Positions 37,381 through 48,836 of a stretch of 64,000 nt of DNA are shown here, piece by piece. The notes beneath the pieces are model-generated. The model was given only the letters and a program-made list of their open reading frames with translations, searched no databases and was not told the DNA's origin. Made by a program: the position numbers and the translations under genes. Source of the stretch: Geosiphon pyriformis uo1 (lineage: Eukaryota > Fungi > Glomeromycota); the NCBI GenBank assembly GCA_016748015.1, contig JAAOMT010000283.1, positions 587,277-651,276 on the forward strand, in the 5' to 3' direction. Each line of letters starts with the position of its first letter. Position 1 is the first letter of the stretch.

Positions 37381-38286
37381 AAATATTGGATTGGGTAATT
37401 TCAGAATTGGATATTTTCGATGATTTACAATTGAGTCAATTATTAATAATTCAGCAACAGATCCTCCAACAAGCGACTTGATTCCAGGAGATTTTCTGAC
37501 TTGCGATAAAAAAAGAGCTATTGCAGCTTCAATATTTGAAATTGTAATTCATAATTTGAATAAAGATTTCAGCATGTAAATGATAGGGGAAAAAGTATAT
37601 TTTCAATGAGTTAAGCTCAATTTACAAATTGGTCAACAATTTAACTGGTTAAAAATCATGATAGGGTCAATATATATACATAAAAAACTCTGCCTTGACA
37701 TTAACAGAAAACTTTGTTTGGGATCACAATTTGATCTTTACACTTAGCATTTTTCATTAATATGAAGCATACAAAAAATTTCAAACTTTATTTTTAGTTA
37801 ATATTTTTTTAAAAAGATATTAAAGCACAAATTGTGAGCCAAAAATAATTCATTATAAAAGATGAGAAAAAATAATTTATTAATTATCAAATCAAAGTAT
37901 TAGTTTTACATTTAATTATTAATACTTGATTGCATATTGTTTATTAATTTTTATATAATTGATCTAAAATTTAAAGCAAAAAATTACATAATAGATGTGA
38001 TATATATTTGGAATTTAGTTTTAATGTATATATAATTTGCAAATTTTATTATTAAATTTAAATTATCAAATAACTAAAATTATAATATTAATTTTATTTT
38101 TTGTTTAATTAAAATATTTTATTAAACTATTTATTAAATTAAATTAAAATTATTAAAATTATTTTATTTTGGTTAATGGCTTGAAATTCATTTGAATCAA
38201 ATGTTTTTTGTTTCAATTCAAATATTGGTCTTTTTTTTTAATAATTTAATAATTTTATTAAACAACAAAACTTTTTAATAAATTTT

Positions 38287-39130
38287 TATTTAACGAGTGC
38301 AGCCTAATCGCTACCTATTACAATACAATCACAATAGATTCTAAAATAAGTGTGGCTCATACCCTTACTACACGTGACGAGCTACTCGAGCCGGCCAAGG
38401 CTACACTACACGCTTACAGTACCAGAAACACCAGCAAACCTAAGAAAACTGTCAGAAAATAACCGCAGACCAATAGCGAGACCAAAGCTGACAAGCCGCC
38501 CCCGAGCAAAGCCCACACCACGAACAAATCCCCATGAGTCAGGCGCCACAATCAAACTCCTTCTCTCACATTCAGGAATTCGGCAACCAAATATTCAGCT
38601 TATGGTGCACAGCCAAATCCCGAACAAGACCCACAATCAAGAGCCAGCCTTGGACACATCCTTTAACACCGAAAGCGATTCAGAAAACCAATCCTTGAAA
38701 ATGAAACCCTTGGCAATGGCTATATGCACGCGATCATTCACAGTAGCATCGTACAACAATTGGAGGACGGGCGAGCTCACAAGTGATCAACCCGATGAAG
38801 CAACCCACTTATCGCAAACAGTCGGTGATGATCTGCTCCCGCGCAGCAGCATCAAAGGCACACAAAAAGGCGTGATCGGAATCCTTAACGCAACGAAAGC
38901 AATTCACACTCGGATATCTGGGGTTATAAAGTCTTTTTCTCATAGCAACTGGCAAAATTCCGTGGAGAGCCTTTATGAAGTAAGTGCGAAGACCAGCAGT
39001 TTTACAACTTGACGAACCTGTTTTCAGGTGGCCATCCGGATGCCACACCGAAACAGTTCTTACCAGGTCAAAATCCCTCGCCAAGGACCGATCCACAAAC
39101 TTCGCAGCACACTCAACCTCCCAACCAGCA
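38287..39130 (-). mobile_element. Young 5'-truncated LINE insertion (ORF2 C-terminus with zinc motif plus 3' UTR)
   Basis: GC/CpG-rich island in AT-rich DNA; YFIKALHGILPVAMRKRLY...CFRC...DHAFLC; flanked by 10-bp direct repeat AATAAATTTT (38277-38286, 39131-39140); homologous to the eroded copy at 22300-23215. Confidence 0.88.
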
Positions 39131-40404
39131 AATAAATTTTAACATATGTAATTATATTCAAGATATTGAATTAATTAATTTGAACTTGAAATAAATTTAA
39201 AAATTATCTTTTGTTATTTGGATTTGGTTTAAATAAAATCAAATATTATATTTTTTAGTATAATTTTTAAACTTGATTGATTTTATTATGTATGAAATTA
39301 TGATATTAATAATTGAAATATTGAATAAAATTTTTGATCTTTATTGGTAATAATATAATATACAATATACAATAAAATTAAAATTTTTTATTTTGACTTT
39401 TTTATTTATTATAATTTTAAATATTGTATTATAATACAATCGAACAATTATATGACAATTAACACAGTATATAATAAAACAAATAACTTTGCAAATTGAT
39501 TACAATTCCAAAATATTACATAAAATTATATTATTACTATATTATTAAAAAGATTAAAAGTTACTGATTTTATTAATATAAAATTTAACATGCATTTTTT
39601 TATTTTTATTTTAGTAATCAATTTTCAATGCTCCAACATTAAATTTACTAAATTAATTAAAATAGTTTTTGGCAAAATATTACATTCTTTAATTTAAATT
39701 TATTACATTAGTTTTTTTACTTTACATTTAACAGTTTTCTATAAATTTTTAATAAAATTTAAAATTTAGACTACATAATAGCTAGTCAATAATTTTAAGT
39801 ACATTTTTTGCAAAAATGTTTTACCCATTTAATTTGTATGCTTGAGTTTGTTATTTTATAAAAGGAACTATTTTTAAAATTTTTTACAAAATTTTAATAT
39901 AAAACTTGATGTTTGTAATATACCAAAAACAAAATAAACTGATTTTTTTATATATAAAAACCGTTTTATGAAAAATTTTTTGTATAATTTTTTTACTAAT
40001 GTTTAATTGTGTTCACAAAAACTTGAAAGGCTGTTTTATTCAAAAATAAAGTTTTATTTGGCTTATTTAATATGTTTATGTTTTTGAATTTTTTTAAGTA
40101 TTGACATAATAATTAGTAAATTTTATATATTTAATTGATTTTAAATGTTTAAAAATTATGTAATATAAAAATATACTTATTTTATATTTCGTTTAGTAAC
40201 AAATTTTGCAAAGACAATAAATTTTTGGCAAACACATTAATTTACTTTTTTTAACGCATTTTTTATAACTATACTGTTTTGGTATTTAATTGTTCTGTTT
40301 TTCAACTTTTGGAGATTGTATTGTATAATTGAGATAAATAGCTTAATAATTTTATTTGAAATATAATATTATATAAAGCTTAATATCTAAATCATTAATT
40401 AAAA

Positions 40405-40690
40405 TTTTTGTTAAAAGTAATTGGTACCGGCAAAGCTTTTACCATGGCTAATATTATCGAAAAAACCCAAAAATCAACTTTAATTTTGACTGACAATAAA
40501 ATGCTAGCCATGCAAATTTAGCAAGAAATGCAAGGGTTTTTTCTGCATAATAAAGTTGAATATTATATTTTTTTTATTTTGATTATCAAACAGAAGCCTA
40601 TAACTGGTCAGTGATATTTATATTGGCAAAAAATTTCAATGAAAATGCCAGTATTGCCAAAATGCACTTGAAAACCTTAAGTTACTTTCA
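40405..40690 (+). pseudogene. uvrB: Bacterial excinuclease ABC subunit B N-terminal fragment (pseudogenised)
   Basis: [52 protein letters not shown]/[fs]YFDYQTEAY/[fs]SDIYIGK...NASIAKMHL matches the UvrB consensus LLG.TG.GKTFTMAN.I...PTL.LAHNKTLA.QL..E...FFP.N.VEYF.SY.DYYQPEAY...D.YIEK. Confidence 0.88.
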
Positions 40691-42336
40691 AATATTAATT
40701 ATTAAAGATGTGTGTAAATTACTATTAAAATTTTTTGAATTAATTGGCAGCTGTTTAAATTTATGCTATAATTAATGTATAAAATAATTATAATTTTATT
40801 CAAATTGAAGTTAAAAAAATTTTGTTTATAAGATTATGTTATTAAACTTATTAGTAATTTTATAATATTTTAATAAAACTTTTGAAAAATTAGATTAGTT
40901 TGTAGTAATTTATTTAATATTTTAAAAAAAATAAAAACCATAAATTATTATTATTATTATTGTGAATTTAAATAAAAAAAATAATTAAATTAAATAATTT
41001 ATAATATTAATGAAATAATTTTTTAATTTAACAAAAAATTAATACTTGAAAAAATGATATTATTATTTTTTATTTTAGCTATTTTTATTAATATTAATTA
41101 TTACAATTATTATTTAATTATATTATTATTATAATTATAATTTTGAGTTATATATTTTTATTTTTTTTAACAATAATTTTATAATATTTTTTAATATCAT
41201 TTTTAAAAAAAAATTAATTTTTTAATCAATTAAAATAAAATTGTTTTTTCATATTTAGTCGCAATCTATTAAGATATTATTGTTATTTTAATAATATGAA
41301 AATTTTTTAAAAGAATTATAAAATTGATTTAAATTCCAAAACTTTTATAATATATATAAAAAAATAAAAATTTCAGCTTTAAATTGGAAATTATTTCTTA
41401 TAAAATTGATTAAATGTGTATAATATAATATTTGGTGATAAAAAAAAAATGGATTCAGACATTAAAAAGAGTTTAAAATATTGTTTGACATGTAGTAATT
41501 TTCATTTTCTGTAAATTTTTTTTTCCACGATTTGAAGAGCTTGAATTAATGATTCAAAAAAAAATTGTTATATGTATTAAAGATGTCTTTAATTTACACA
41601 TTTTAATTATTTGGCAATATCTTTTATATTTTGATTGGTAAAAATACTAAAATTTCATGAATTTTATTAGTTTGAAATCGGCTTATCAAATACCCATATT
41701 TTAAAATAGTAAATATGAACCAACTCTGAGTACATGTATTCCTATTTTTGTTAAACATACAATTCTAAAATACTTTTAATATTCTGAGCTAACAATTGAA
41801 TTACATGGTCGATAATTTGGAAGTTTCATAACTTTTAATGGATAACAATACCGTTTGAAATGTTTTTATCTCTTAAAGAGATGCCAAATTATTTCCTAAA
41901 TAGGTCGAATCAACATGATGACTATATTAGTAACATTGTGCACTTATAATAGTGATTAAGGCTATTTGTGACATCAGCTTGGAAAACAATAATGTCCCAA
42001 ACATCTCTTTGTTAACTAAATATACATATTTTGCTTTGAATAAAAACTAAAATAAACCAAAAAAAAAAAAAAAATTATTCTTTAATTCTACTAAACTGTC
42101 ATCTTTTTCTGAGCAATTGAATGAATTAACCTTTTCTAAGTTAAATAAATATTGCTCACATTTCTCGTTTTATCGGTGTCAATGTTTCATCATGGTACCA
42201 GATGGGCCTAGAAGTTATATAGAAATTGTGGATGAATATAAAATTTTTCATACTAACCCATTTCAAAAAAAGAATGATAATGCATAAGGATTGTTCAAAG
42301 GGCAAACCATCTTTTAAAATCTTTCTGACCTGATTA

Positions 42337-43200
42337 TTACCTCAGAAATTCAACATAGAGATAATCCTCTGTAGTTTCAAGTGCTTTATTAATTTCCAAA
42401 CCTTCAAAGTTCATAAGAAAACTCCTAAATTTTAAAACAATCTCTGTCACAAAAGCTGGACATGACGCGAGATTTTCGTCATTTTCACAATACTTCTTGG
42501 TCAGTACTTCCCAGATTTTCGAGGGTTTATTGCTTCGGGAAGAAAGTACATCGCCGATTCGATTTTTGAGCTCCTTAGTTGCCAATTCAACATGATTTTG
42601 AGGATTTTGTGGTCCAGAAATCATACAATTATGAGTTGTGAGAGGAGACCGAAGCATATCAATTGCTAGAAATCGAAGAAATTCTTCATATTTCCAAAAA
42701 GTTTCCAAAAGTTGCAATTGGGCACTTGCAGAAAGCATTTTGAATTCTGGCATTTGAGTATACGATGAGAAATTGTCAAGAACCAGTTTCGAAGATTCTT
42801 TGTAAGCTTTCGGTAAACCGTATTTATCAGCGAGCAAAAATGCTATTAAAGGTTTTTCCAGAAAAGCGGTTTTCAAATATTTTTCAGCAGAAAGTTTGAC
42901 ACTTTGGATAAAATATTTTTCACCAAGTTCAAGAAATTTCTCCAAATTTCTCCAATGTAAAATTTCACTTGTTCCAGGATAGATATGGTCTAATAATGTT
43001 TCAAAAACCTCACTTGAATCGGTTAAATGAATTTCAGGAATTTTACGTTCTTTTGAAGATGAAATTTGGGCAAACATGTCTTTGAAAGCATGAGATGCAA
43101 GCGATAAAACAAGGTAATGAACACAAAAAGTGGTTTCTTCAACAATAAGAATAACATCACCATCATCGTAGTAGTGTTTAGTACTTGGTGTGACTGCCAT
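42337..43200 (-). CDS. BTB/POZ domain protein, 287 aa
   Basis: DGDVILIVEETTFCVHYLVLSLASHAFKDMF...FETLLDHIYP...ELGEKYFI; intact ORF. Confidence 0.9.
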   Translation of the reverse strand: MAVTPSTKHYYDDGDVILIVEETTFCVHYLVLSLASHAFKDMFAQISSSKERKIPEIHLTDSSEVFETLLDHIYPGTSEILHWRNLEKFLELGEKYFIQSVKLSAEKYLKTAFLEKPLIAFLLADKYGLPKAYKESSKLVLDNFSSYTQMPEFKMLSASAQLQLLETFWKYEEFLRFLAIDMLRSPLTTHNCMISGPQNPQNHVELATKELKNRIGDVLSSRSNKPSKIWEVLTKKYCENDENLASCPAFVTEIVLKFRSFLMNFEGLEINKALETTEDYLYVEFLR

Positions 43201-43250
43201 TTTTGCGATGGTAAAAAATCGAAGAATTTTATTAACAAACTCAATTGATC

Positions 43251-43285
<35 letters not shown>

Positions 43286-44079
43286 AAAAGTCTACCAGAG
43301 TCATCATAACAAATAGATAACGTGATTCACCAAATTTGGTCTTAAAGTTGATAAATTTCAATATCTTTCATTTCACTTATCTTCATTGTTACGGAGAATT
43401 TTCTGTTTCACAATGCTCTACCTCTGTTTTGGGTTTTTTTCGGCATTTAGAACTCATAACCGAATCATGCCATGTTCAGAAATTATGAGTGATTATCTCT
43501 GAGTACCATCAAAGGAAAAGTTAAAAATTCTTCTGGGAGTAGTTTCAATTCTTTGACGAACTTTCAAAAGGTTCGAGTTAAAATAAAATGAAAATTTTCA
43601 TTGTCGCATACAGTCATTTCATTTTTTCTTGTTTGTAGAAGGTTTCATGCTAGTAATTTTCCCTGGCATCGTATCATCGAGATAGCACCATTGTTTTGAA
43701 ACCACACACACATATATATATATATGAAATAGCTCAACAACAAATGAGTACTAAACATTTTGGAATCTCAAGATGGAAGCGAAAAACTCGTCTCGATTAT
43801 TTATAAAAAGTAAATCGTTTGATAAATATGAATTTAAAGTAATAGCTAGTATTTGCTTGAAATAATCCTCACAATCTATTTAACACAAACAAGTAGGATA
43901 AATTTTTATCAATATATTCTCATGGGCGATAAAGGAAAAAATTTTAAAGATATTTTTTCCAGGAAATTTCCTTCAAAAAATATGATACAATTATGCAATA
44001 AAAGATATTTTAATTGGCGAAACTCAAATATACCTCTCAAGACCTTGTAAAATATTTCATTAATGACAATTTTCGTCGA

Positions 44080-45090
44080 TTACCACTGAGCAGAACAACA
44101 TAAAATCATTGATTTGGCAAGAACAAAAACAGAAGCACCTTGGAGAGAACTCAGCCAGCTTGAACATTCGACATCAAGTGAGCATTCAGAAGAGTGAGAT
44201 ATCGTGAAGAATGATATAAGTATAGTGCCGTTTAGAAAAAAGCTGAAAATTTGGAGCTGAGACATAATAAAGTTTGCTTCTGCCTGGAAAAAGTAAACAG
44301 TATCCTCTTTACCTGATAACGAAATAAGAGAAAATCAATTTTCTAGTAGTTAAAACATTAAATTAATGGGGTTATTAAAGAAAAGAAAAAAAAAAGGTTT
44401 ACACATAACCTATTGCGTATAAAATCCCAAATAGAAATCTTACGAGACGATTCCAATCATCTTGTGATGAATTGACTCCCCAATAAAAATAACAAAACCT
44501 GATACCAAGGTCTATTAGGAGGTAAAGGAATATGCAAACTTGGGGGTCATACTGGTCCGAGAAGGTAAAGGTAAACTTTGAAAAAAATTTATTTGATAAA
44601 ATATTCAAAAATGCTAGGTAAATTTAGAAATAGGAAGAGTTACTCACAGGCAAAAATCGTGTGTAATAGAATAAAAAGGCCAAAGAACCAATTGGAATAT
44701 ATAGCCCAATAAGTATTGTCAATATCCAGGAAAGAATTGCAATTGGATCTTTATAAGTTTCTCTTAAAGTTGAAGCCCATAGGTCTCTGCCAGGTCGAAA
44801 TGAATATCGTATTCCTTGGTAGAAATCTTCTATATTTATGGCTACTTCTGCCAGTGAGCTTGCTGGTGATCCCGTCTGATATGAATGGACTATGATTTTT
44901 GTACTGGAATTTGAAATAGGAGAGCTACTAGTAGAAAATTTTTCTCCGTAATTTCGGCATTAAATATACCTGGCTCGTGCTCCAGATACGACATTTTGTG
45001 GGTTATTGGGCAAAGACAACGAACACAGTTTTAAGGTTTTAAGGAAAAATGAAGTCTTTCTCTTGAGAAGAACTTGAAATCACCATTTGA
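44080..45090 (-). pseudogene. Probable multi-exon membrane-protein pseudogene, family unknown
   Basis: GC-richer island; ~100-codon open stretch with hydrophobic segment IAILSWILTILIGLYIPIGSLAFLFYY ending at GTGAGT; further exon-like pieces with stops and intron-like AT tracts. Confidence 0.4.
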
Positions 45091-45686
45091 GTGCAAGATA
45101 GTGAGTATTGGTACTTGATTGATTGATTGATGAATGATCAAAGCACATTAAACCATATTAATTCGAGATTGAGATCAGATCCAAGTCTTATACAGAATCG
45201 GCTCAGACTCCAGAATAGGAATCATTCCAGGTTGATCAAGAGATCCCCCTTGCTTTCAAAATCCCCTTTTCTAAAGATGTGAAATTCTCAATTTGTCCTT
45301 AAATGGATTAATCTTTGACAGATGCAAAGAAACTTCTCAATCCAAGGTATTTTTTTATTTATTTTTGCACTTTCAAATAAATCGCGAGCGTGGAAGAATT
45401 CTAAAGAGCCGTTTTGTTTCATAAGTTGGAAGAAACTAATTCGAAGAAAACTTGTATGTTTAGAATAAAATTTTGGATGATTTATAGATTTTTGTTTGAT
45501 GTCGAAAGAAAGTACAAATTGGTCACAATTTTATCGATATGGGAGTTAAGAAGAAAGCTAAAAGCAGAGTTATCATTAAAAAAAAAGAAATCCCAATATA
45601 TTTTATGGATTTTCAATTTGAAAATTATGAAAAGATAAATCATTTGCGGTTGAGGAAAAATAGGTTCAGAAGCGATATGGCATGAA

Positions 45687-45723
<37 letters not shown>

Positions 45724-46650
45724 GAAATGGAAAAGCTACGAAAACAACGATTATTAAAAAAAAAAAAAAAGGATGAGGAAATTTTTTTTTGTTTTCTATT
45801 TCGTGGATCAAACTGTGCTTTATTTTATTCAAATTTATTTAGTGATTAAATTTTTTATCCAAGTTAGTTTATTTTTTGTTTTACTATTATTAAAAAATTA
45901 TCATATTAAGAAAGAAAGAGAGAGACCAGGGAAGAAAGTCTTAGTAATATTTTTTTTCTTACCCATTTATCTCCAAAAAAGAGAAAATTGGTTAAATTCG
46001 TCTTTTAAACAATTCAAAAATCTTTTTTTTTAAAAATCATACAATTCCAATATATTTTATAACAGAAAAAAAAAATGATGATTCAATGATTATTTTTTCA
46101 AGATTATCTTAACATTACAGCGAATACTTTTAAATTTTATTTTAATAAGTGCAATTTTCTAGATATCTTGAAAAAAAAAAAAAAAAACTTTTTCTATATC
46201 ATTATAAATAGATTTGAGGAAAATACCGTTTTGTATTAGTTTAAATCTCCCCCTTTTTGAAGAGTGGTCACTTTGAATGAAAATTCGTAAAATTTTTATA
46301 TATATTACTTGAAATTTTTAGCATATGAAATTTACTCTTTTTGTGTGTGTAAAATTAATTTTTCATGTAACAAACTATTTTTTACAGTCTTTGGATTGGG
46401 GAAACTCTTAAAAAGAAAATTGGACTGCAAATAACATAATATTTATCTTGAGATATTGGGGGATAATAAATTGAGCGAATTATAAAAGAGAAATTTTAGC
46501 TTCGAATAACTTTTAAAGTTTAAGTAATAAAATAATTGTTTTAAAAATAAGCTTGGAAATTTCAAGTTTTTACTTTAGCAATTTATCGTAAAACGTACAA
46601 TTAGAACATAATGATTATATCAATGAAGCGCAGGAAAGTCCTAAAAATCC

Positions 46651-46681
<31 letters not shown>

Positions 46682-46799
46682 ATTCCAGGGAAAGAATAAA
46701 GAAAGGGTAGGTTCTTAAATCACGATCAGCTGTACAGCTATGTATAATGTTTTTCCAACTTCCCTTAGTAGGAAGAGTTCGATTTGTTTTTAAAAGTAT

Positions 46800-47150
46800 A
46801 TTCATTAATTGATATCCTCTAATAATACTATAAATCTAGTGTGGGATCATGTTGATAACAACAATGATCCATATGTTCATTTTATGATGATGCTGCTAAT
46901 AATATATATTGCCAAAAATTCCCAGAATGCTATAGGACACATTAAAAGAACTACTTTGTGAATGATCACAATTTTCAAAGACGGACTAGTGAAAATTCAA
47001 ATATTTGATCAAATATATAATAATTTTTTTTTCTCCAATGAAATAATATTTTTAGATAAGGTGGGAACCGAAGGATTTGTTGTCGTTGAAGATAGAGTTC
47101 TTTTTTCACCAGTCAGCAAATCTAAAATTATCAACTATTAAAGATTATCA
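46800..47150 (+). pseudogene. Remnant of an AMF-type tyrosine-kinase-like gene (pre-kinase Cys region and Gly loop)
   Basis: PECYRT..., RTSENSNI (from WTSGN), KVGTEGFVVV (from VGEGGFGVI); parallels 54750-55000. Confidence 0.45.
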
Positions 47151-47341
47151 TATGATTATTTGAAAAACAAATGTCTAAAATTTTTCTAGTGTTCGAGATA
47201 GAAGAAGTAACTCTAAAAGGAAATACCTCGTTTGAATTGGTATATGTCATATTTAAGACATTTTATAAAACCAGCTCGTTGATGCTTTTAATTTTTTTTG
47301 GGACAAAAAAAAAATTTGGTATAAAAATAAATACCCGATAT

Positions 47342-47655
47342 ATGACTATTATCAGGCTTTTGTCTCTGGTTCTTGGTGACGATGACCCTTAAAATTGAGA
47401 TTGACACAAATGAAGATTATTAATGAAAATCAAGGAGAAACAAAATGCTTTCGCTAATCTTGAGACCACCCACCAACTCCAACTCTAGAAAGTCAACATT
47501 TCTACCAGTAACGAAAGCGATTAGCCAAAAATTCTTAAAAGACAAGCCTTTCGCTAATATCGACACTCAAAAGTGAAGAGTTGACCCGATTTGACGACAT
47601 TCAAGAACATTTCATTGCACAACCTTTTAGAAGGCACATTCATATCTAGTATAAC
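47342..47655 (+). pseudogene. Crinkler (CRN) effector N-terminal ubiquitin-like domain pseudogene
   Basis: MTIIRLLSLVLGDD...IEID...KIKEKQNAFANL...QLQL*KVNI (LWKV)...EEL...IQEHF..QP..RHIHI, across frameshifts. Confidence 0.72.
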
Positions 47656-48522
47656 CAATTGCATAGTAAAAACGATTGTTAAAATCTACTTTGGCGGGGG
47701 GAGGGGGGGGATACGAATGATTAATAGAAAATTTATCAAATTCTGTTTTATTTTTTCCGTAATTCATTTTGACTGAGAATCACATGTGAATATTCAAATA
47801 TTTGGAAAATGCTTAATTGGGAACAAAATTTTTTTTGGGATGGAGCCGAGTCTTAAAAATTAGTCCAAAGTATCATTTTTTTTGATAATCAATTGGTTTA
47901 GAGACGATATCCAGGTTAAAAAAAACCTCATTATGACATCTAAAAACTAAAAGTAAAAGTAAAAAACAAAAAAAAATAACATAGCTTTTTTTCAGTTTAA
48001 ATTTAAAAAAAATATATATTTTTCTATCAGATTACAAACTTATTGTCAAAAATTTAGATTCCTAACTATCGGAAAAAAAGAAATATTTATTCCAAGAAAT
48101 TCATCTAAAAATAGTTTACTTAACAAATAAGGGACTAAATATTTTGTCAAAATTAATTTATTAAAGTCACATTTTACCTATGATTTGAGTTTATTTTTTT
48201 GTTCAATTTGTACCTGGAAACATTATATTTGTTTGTTCAAAGTTAAACTAAATATTTTCCATATTTATCTGAAAAATCCAAAATTTATACAAAAAAAAAA
48301 CCATAATAATGAATTAACTTAAAGCAAATTTAGATTAAATTACAATTAAAAAATCTTTATAAAATGTTTATTATAATTCAAAAAGCAATTTTGAAATTAA
48401 ACTTCTCATTCATCCTTATTTGATATAAATATTTAAAAACTTTTTTTATTCAAAAACATGTGGCGAATTATTTGGTGGTTTCTTTTTAAGTCCCAGCATT
48501 ATTTCATTTTTTAGTTATCAAA

Positions 48523-48836
48523 ATGAAAAAATTATCACCTTATTATTCGTTACTTCGTTAGAAGTCAACAATGCTTTTCTTGAAGAATCACCTATTCTTA
48601 ATGAGATACAATTGTTTACTTCAACTATTTCCAAATTTGAATCGAGAGGCTTTTATCCTGTTCAGTCATCAGCCTCTCAACAAAATCTTGAGACTGTTAC
48701 CGACGCAGCGCTAAGAATTAAACGTCGTAATCGGCTAAGAAGTCATATTAGAATGATTTCTCGAAGAAATCGTAGGTGGGGTGTGATTCTTGTTCGTCGT
48801 CTTGTTCGTCGTTCACATGATGTTTGTAGTATTTAG
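48523..48836 (+). pseudogene. Possible small secreted protein with Arg-rich C-terminus (frameshift in A-run after ATG)
   Basis: ATG 48523 plus a 1-nt shift gives MKKIITLLFVTSL...NA-FLEESPIL... in frame with ORF 48612-48836. Confidence 0.35.

Noticed and set aside
38350-39012. 220-aa plus-strand ORF
   Set aside because: Antisense to LINE ORF2/3' region; starts at GTG; no recognisable domain
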